A stretch of 64,000 nt of DNA from Patella caerulea (Eukaryota). Positions 59,732-64,000 of this stretch are shown one piece after another. The translations under genes were made by a program, and so were the position numbers. Every line of letters starts with the position of its first letter. The stretch's first letter is position 1. The stretch covers positions 26,996,901-27,060,900 of the forward strand of contig JAZGQO010000002.1 in assembly GCA_036850965.1 (NCBI GenBank), in the 5' to 3' direction. The notes under the pieces are model-generated. The model ran no database searches. It saw only the letters and a program-made list of their open reading frames with translations, and was not told where the DNA came from.

Positions 59732-60309
59732 TTTTTATACGCCCACATTGAAATGTGGTCGTATATTGTCGCCGCCCCCATCCATCCGGCGTCCACAATT
59801 GCTTGTGGACGCTCTAGAGACTAAAGTTTATATCCGATTGACTTTAAATTTATACACAGTGTTTAAGGTCATGCGACGAAGAAGCCTATGGTTTTTCAGC
59901 GATTTCCGATAATAACTACCACAGTTATGGCCCTTGATCACTTCAAAAAATCTTGTAGACGCTCTAGAGGCCAAAGTTAATATGCGATTGACTTCAGATT
60001 GACACACAGAGTTTAAGATGTTGAAACAAACAAATATTTTGATTTTCAATGAATTTTGATTACTGAACAGGTAAATCCATCATATTAAATGGTTCTTTCA
60101 GTAATTGTTAGTGTGGGGCAAAACTTTATAAAAAGCAAACAAATTATTATGATTTTCTGATAATTACATAATGAGTTGTTACTCTTAATCAGATTTTAAT
60201 GTATTATAAATGTTTCATTACCGAAAAAAAGTAAAAATATGCGACAACTCTTGTTGACTGCCTGGACATTTTAGCTGCGTTCGTTTCGTTGACTGGCAAC
60301 TTATCTTTA
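59732..60309 (+). mobile_element. Satellite-bearing element, copy E (5' end, about 1.5 monomers, 3' tail) in an MND1 intron
   Basis: atttttatacgcccacattgaaatgtggtcgtatattgtcgccgcccccatccatccg... then monomers, then a tail ...gttgactgcctggacattttagctgcgttcgtttcgttgactggcaacttatcttt. Confidence 0.75.
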
Positions 60310-60416
60310 AAACTTTTTCTTTCAAACATTTTCTTTGAGATTTGTATTCAATTATTTATAGATGAATGTGATGTATATGTGTTTACATTGTCTAATTACC
60401 AACTTGGTTTTTTTAG

Positions 60417-60590
60417 AAAGAGTTTTATCAGTTAAAAGAATTAGAGAAGTTATGCCAGAAAGAAAAGGGAATCACTTCAATGTCTGTTAAAGAAATCCTC
60501 ATGAGTTTAGTTTATGATGGAATGGTGGATACAGATAAGATAGGAACTTCAGTTTATTTCTGGGCATTTCCCAGTAAAGCCAGTCAAAAT
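60417..60590 (+). CDS. MND1: MND1 exon ([58 protein letters not shown])
   Basis: Matches human [54 protein letters not shown]. Confidence 0.85.
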
Positions 60591-60845
60591 GTAAGCATAA
60601 TGTCTAAACAGTCTGATCAGTCATCATTTTTTATTATTTAAACTTATAATTTCATTCTTGCTAAAAATGTGAGAAACTAGGCATTTCAAATTATTATTGG
60701 TTAACAAGTTATCTTCCATTTTCTCTTAGAATAATTCTTGAACTATTCTGTTTGGAATTTATTTGAGAAGTCAATCGTTCAGTAATGTTACAATAATTAG
60801 AAAACAACAGTATCATATCTAAAACCTGTTAAATTTGTTTTCTAG

Positions 60846-60953
60846 AGAAGAAGGAAAATAGATGATTTGAAGAAACAGCTGAATGATTTAGATAATAAAG
60901 AGTGTAAATTAACAGAAATGGTAGCTAAATCAAAAATTGGTAAAGAAGACACA
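60846..60953 (+). CDS. MND1: MND1 exon (RRRKIDDLKKQLNDLDNKECKLTEMVAKSKIGKEDT)
   Basis: Coiled-coil segment aligning to human RKHKLEVLESQLSEGSQKHASLQKSIEKAKIGRCET. Confidence 0.75.
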
Positions 60954-61489
60954 GTATGTATATTTATTTGTGCTTTTACTTGAAAGTGATGAGCAGTGAT
61001 TGAGGTACTCTTCTGCTGAGCGAGGGGGCGGGATGGCCGAATGGTTAATGTGTAAGCGTTGCATTGTAAGGTCTGTCACATACGATTACATCATGTGTAC
61101 CTACTTCAAGAATACACATGATGGCAAATGGCCGCCATTTAAAATACTACGCCCGCCTCTTAGAGACGATAACTTAACTCGCTATAAATTGTAAAAAAAT
61201 TTACTTCGGCTAGAATTAAAAAACACCTAAGATTAACATTTGCTAAAAATTTCTAAAAAACAACCTAAATTTATGGAAATGGGGCCAAATCAAATCAGGC
61301 AAATTACATCAAATAGTCCATGTTAAACGTATAGCAAAAATTTTAAACTAACGCGAGCACGCGCGTTTCTAGACAACGCCATAGCGGGTCATAGCAACCA
61401 GTGAGTATAAATTGGAAATCCCCAATGACGTAGATATTATAAATTGGAAAGCCGAGTCTGTCTTAAAATAAGTAGTACCGTCAGTAAAC

Positions 61490-61705
61490 AAGATGGAAGC
61501 CATCTGCTATCGTGTTTGATCATGGAGTAGGCAAGCACAGGTGTGTCGTATGGGTCTGTCATTGAGTCAAGTGTTGTGGTATCGATTCGCTGCTTGTAGG
61601 TGACAAGGAGTAGGGTCATGTGTCCAACCATCTCCCACTGCTATACCCCTACACGCAATAGAATTAATGCAATACCTAGTTTGTATTGAGTGGAGTTAAG
61701 CTACT
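61490..61705 (+). mobile_element. Degenerate SINE family 1 copy
   Basis: ...gtctgtcattgagtcaagtg...gcttgtaggtgacaaggagtagggtcatgtgtccaacc...tcccactgctatacccctacacgcaat...gagtggagttaagc retains the block order of the family with deletions. Confidence 0.5.
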
Positions 61706-62101
61706 GAGTGGAAAATGGTGTGCAGCTATCAGCAACTCTTAATGAAAATTTTTTGGTGTAAGTACTTTCTTTCGTAGATGTAGTAATTCAATCCTAATAA
61801 TCCAACCTTTGATCATGATTTTCTGACATGGTTTCCACTTGTCATTAGAGTAGGGCGGAGGTCCCGACAAGGACAGCTGTCTAGTTTTACGGATGGGATG
61901 GAAAATCAAGGTCCTGTGTATATAGTGGCATGCATGTAAAATTTCTCTTGGCAGTTGAATTTGAGTAGGCCATAATGTCATTGCCTGGACAAAATTTTCC
62001 TCATATGCATATGCTCGTCTTCATTAGCCCAGTCGGAGCAGAACAGCAGGATGTTAAACCCCATTTCATTTAATCCAACCTAAAAGTACTTTATATTTCA
62101 G

Positions 62102-62261
62102 ACAGAACGACAAGATATTTTATCTCAGTTAGCCAATAAACAAGAAGAGAAGGTTAAGGTATTAGCTACTTTAGAAAAATACAGAGAATGTGATCCTGAA
62201 GTTCTAGAACAGGTTAAACAGGAAACAGTTGTTGCTAAGGAAGCTGCAAACAGGTGGACAG
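62102..62261 (+). CDS. MND1: MND1 exon (TERQDILSQLANKQEEKVKVLATLEKYRECDPEVLEQVKQETVVAKEAANRWT)
   Basis: Matches human ...LKAEVEKYKDCDPQVVEEIRQANKVAKEAANRWTD. atttcag acceptor and g|gtcagc donor. Confidence 0.85.
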
Positions 62262-63328
62262 GTCAGCAAATTGTTATTTAAAATCATTGACTGATACATT
62301 TGGATGTGGAGATGGCATTCTCAGTACTACTCAAATATCTGAAGTATATTGTCAGTGTTTAGTCTGGGTAGAGGTCAAGAAAAAGTACTTTATTCATATT
62401 AGTCTAAAATATTACATTTTTTAGAAATTCATCTTTGTCATAAAAAATAATATCAATAAGTCAGAGTATTGTTTTTGTAATTGTAAATTTTAGCACTACT
62501 GTTAGTACTTTTGAGATTTTATTGTCCTTTCTATTAAATATATTGTTACCCAATCTTTCATGGTTCCCAACCTCTGGATCACAACCCCAGCTGGGGTTGA
62601 AAAACACTTTCTCACAATATTTTCTCAATTTTTCATTATAACATTTTGATCTGTAAATAAAAATGTTTGATAGTAAAAGGTGACGTCCTTCTTCAAGGAG
62701 TCTTAAAGGGCCAATCCGGATAACTTTTGGGGGAATAAAACTGCTTAATTTTGTGTTAAAATCCCTTAAAACCCATTACCTAAGGTCGACCAGCTAACCC
62801 GACATTTGTGATACGCTTGTAAATAACTTAAATCTGACAGCCTTTATCTGGAAATGGAGACCGTTGTATTATAAATTATCTGGATAAAACCAGACTTTTT
62901 TCTATGAAAATAATATGTAGGTGAAATTTAGCTTTTGTTATCATGTACAGTACATGGGTCATTCACTGTATAGACCTCTTAAGAAACGGGAATCGATTAT
63001 CAGGTTAACCAATGAAAAAATTGACCCGAAATCTTAAAAGGGTTACGTGTCCGGATAAGCAGTGTTGACGTTCACGTCCAAACGACTCAATATTTTGAGC
63101 TGAAATTTTGAGACAAGGTAAATAAACCCCGCCTCTATATTTTGGTCCACGAATTCCATAAATACTCAGACTTTAATTTTTGAGAATCTGTTCTTATCGG
63201 GATAGTCCCTTTAATCAGATGCTAGTTTCTAAAATAAATTGCAGACCAAGTTAGTCTTGTATGGAGTAGACTAACAAACAATTTTCATGTGTATATTCTT
63301 ATACATATTAAAACAATTGTATTTACAG

Positions 63329-63435
63329 ATAATATTTTCTCTACCAAATCATGGATCAAGAACAAGTTTTCATTTGATGACAGTGTTATTGACAAACAGT
63401 TTTCTATACCACATGACTTTGATTATGTTGAGTGA
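63329..63435 (+). CDS. MND1: MND1 terminal exon ([35 protein letters not shown])
   Basis: Matches human [35 protein letters not shown]. atttacag acceptor. Stop TGA at 63433-63435. Confidence 0.85.
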
Positions 63436-64000
63436 AAAGGTGATACAAAGGAAATGAAAATACTTTTCTATAAAAGTTAAGGTCTAGGATAGAAATTGTT
63501 GTGAATAATAATTTATTTATATTCACCATGTGTACTTATACGTATATATTATTATTATTAAAAAGTTGTTAAAAGAAAGTTACAAATTGTTAATTTATTG
63601 TATTTTTATATACGGCATCATAGAAATGTTGTGTATTCTTGTTGCCCCGGCCTGTCTGTCATCCACAATTTCTTATGACTTCATTTATCATCGTATCTTT
63701 ATAAAATGTATGTATGTTGTTAACATTAGAGAGACGAGGAAGCCTTTCGAATTCCAACTGTCAAGGGTTCTTTAATGTGAATCCATTCCATCCCAATGAA
63801 TATGTCTTGCATGACTAATTGAATAACCTATGATGGAAAATACAGAGGAACTTTCTGTGCGAGCCTGGTCATAAAGACTTGTGAGCCAATATTTTACTTA
63901 CAAAGCCACTGCAATTCCCTGAAACTCTGTAATTGTTTGAAAACAATACCAACATCCAGTGTAATTGCCTCTTCTTGGACATGGTTACAAACAGTATCTA

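Noticed and set aside
3545-61200. tRNA-like sequences as tRNA genes
   Set aside because: All tRNA-like stretches are heads of SINEs. They are followed by conserved SINE cores and tails and have no intact cloverleaf, anticodon-arm or acceptor-stem pairing that I could verify by eye. I found no bona fide tRNA gene.

Overview
This window is eukaryotic nuclear DNA, AT-rich and intron-rich with GT-AG splicing, not a prokaryotic locus. Repeat content suggests a mollusc, probably a bivalve; this is inference, since no database search was possible. No single ORF is a novel defence-type system. The interest lies in the repeat architecture.

Four protein-coding genes can be reconstructed by eye from conserved exon peptides:
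- PRKRIP1-like, + strand, about 5483-21633, six exons with very large repeat-filled introns.
- Major vault protein (MVP), + strand, 13 coding exons at 27189-36814.
- An importin-alpha-like (KPNA) armadillo-repeat gene, - strand, about 38729-48753 or beyond, with at least 11 exons. Its 5' exon(s) were not found.
- MND1 (meiotic nuclear division 1), + strand, about 58949-63435. Its ATG-bearing first exon was not found.

All exon coordinates are approximate to within a few bases.

The rest is dominated by mobile and repetitive DNA:
- A 5'-truncated LINE reverse-transcriptase fragment at 1-1150, running off the window.
- Two decayed Tc1/mariner copies with roughly 35-bp TIRs and TA duplications at 42501-44020 and 49463-50964. 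One fills almost an entire KPNA intron.
- At least ten copies or fragments of a tRNA-derived SINE family, one flanked by a perfect 15-bp target-site duplication, plus a second SINE family.
- A family of satellite-bearing non-autonomous elements at five loci. Each has a conserved 5' end with a CCACATT-GA-AATGTGG hairpin, a tandem array of about 166-bp monomers, and a conserved 3' tail with a GTTGCC-T-GGCAAC hairpin.
- A roughly 1.5-kb foldback at 10765-12245.
- A 5.1-kb composite with 1.1-kb inverted arms around one satellite element.
- Several TIR-bounded MITE-like elements at 8759-9544, 13306-13665, 39220-40140, 45008-46150 and 52182-54334.

No rRNA genes, standalone tRNA genes or CRISPR arrays were found.
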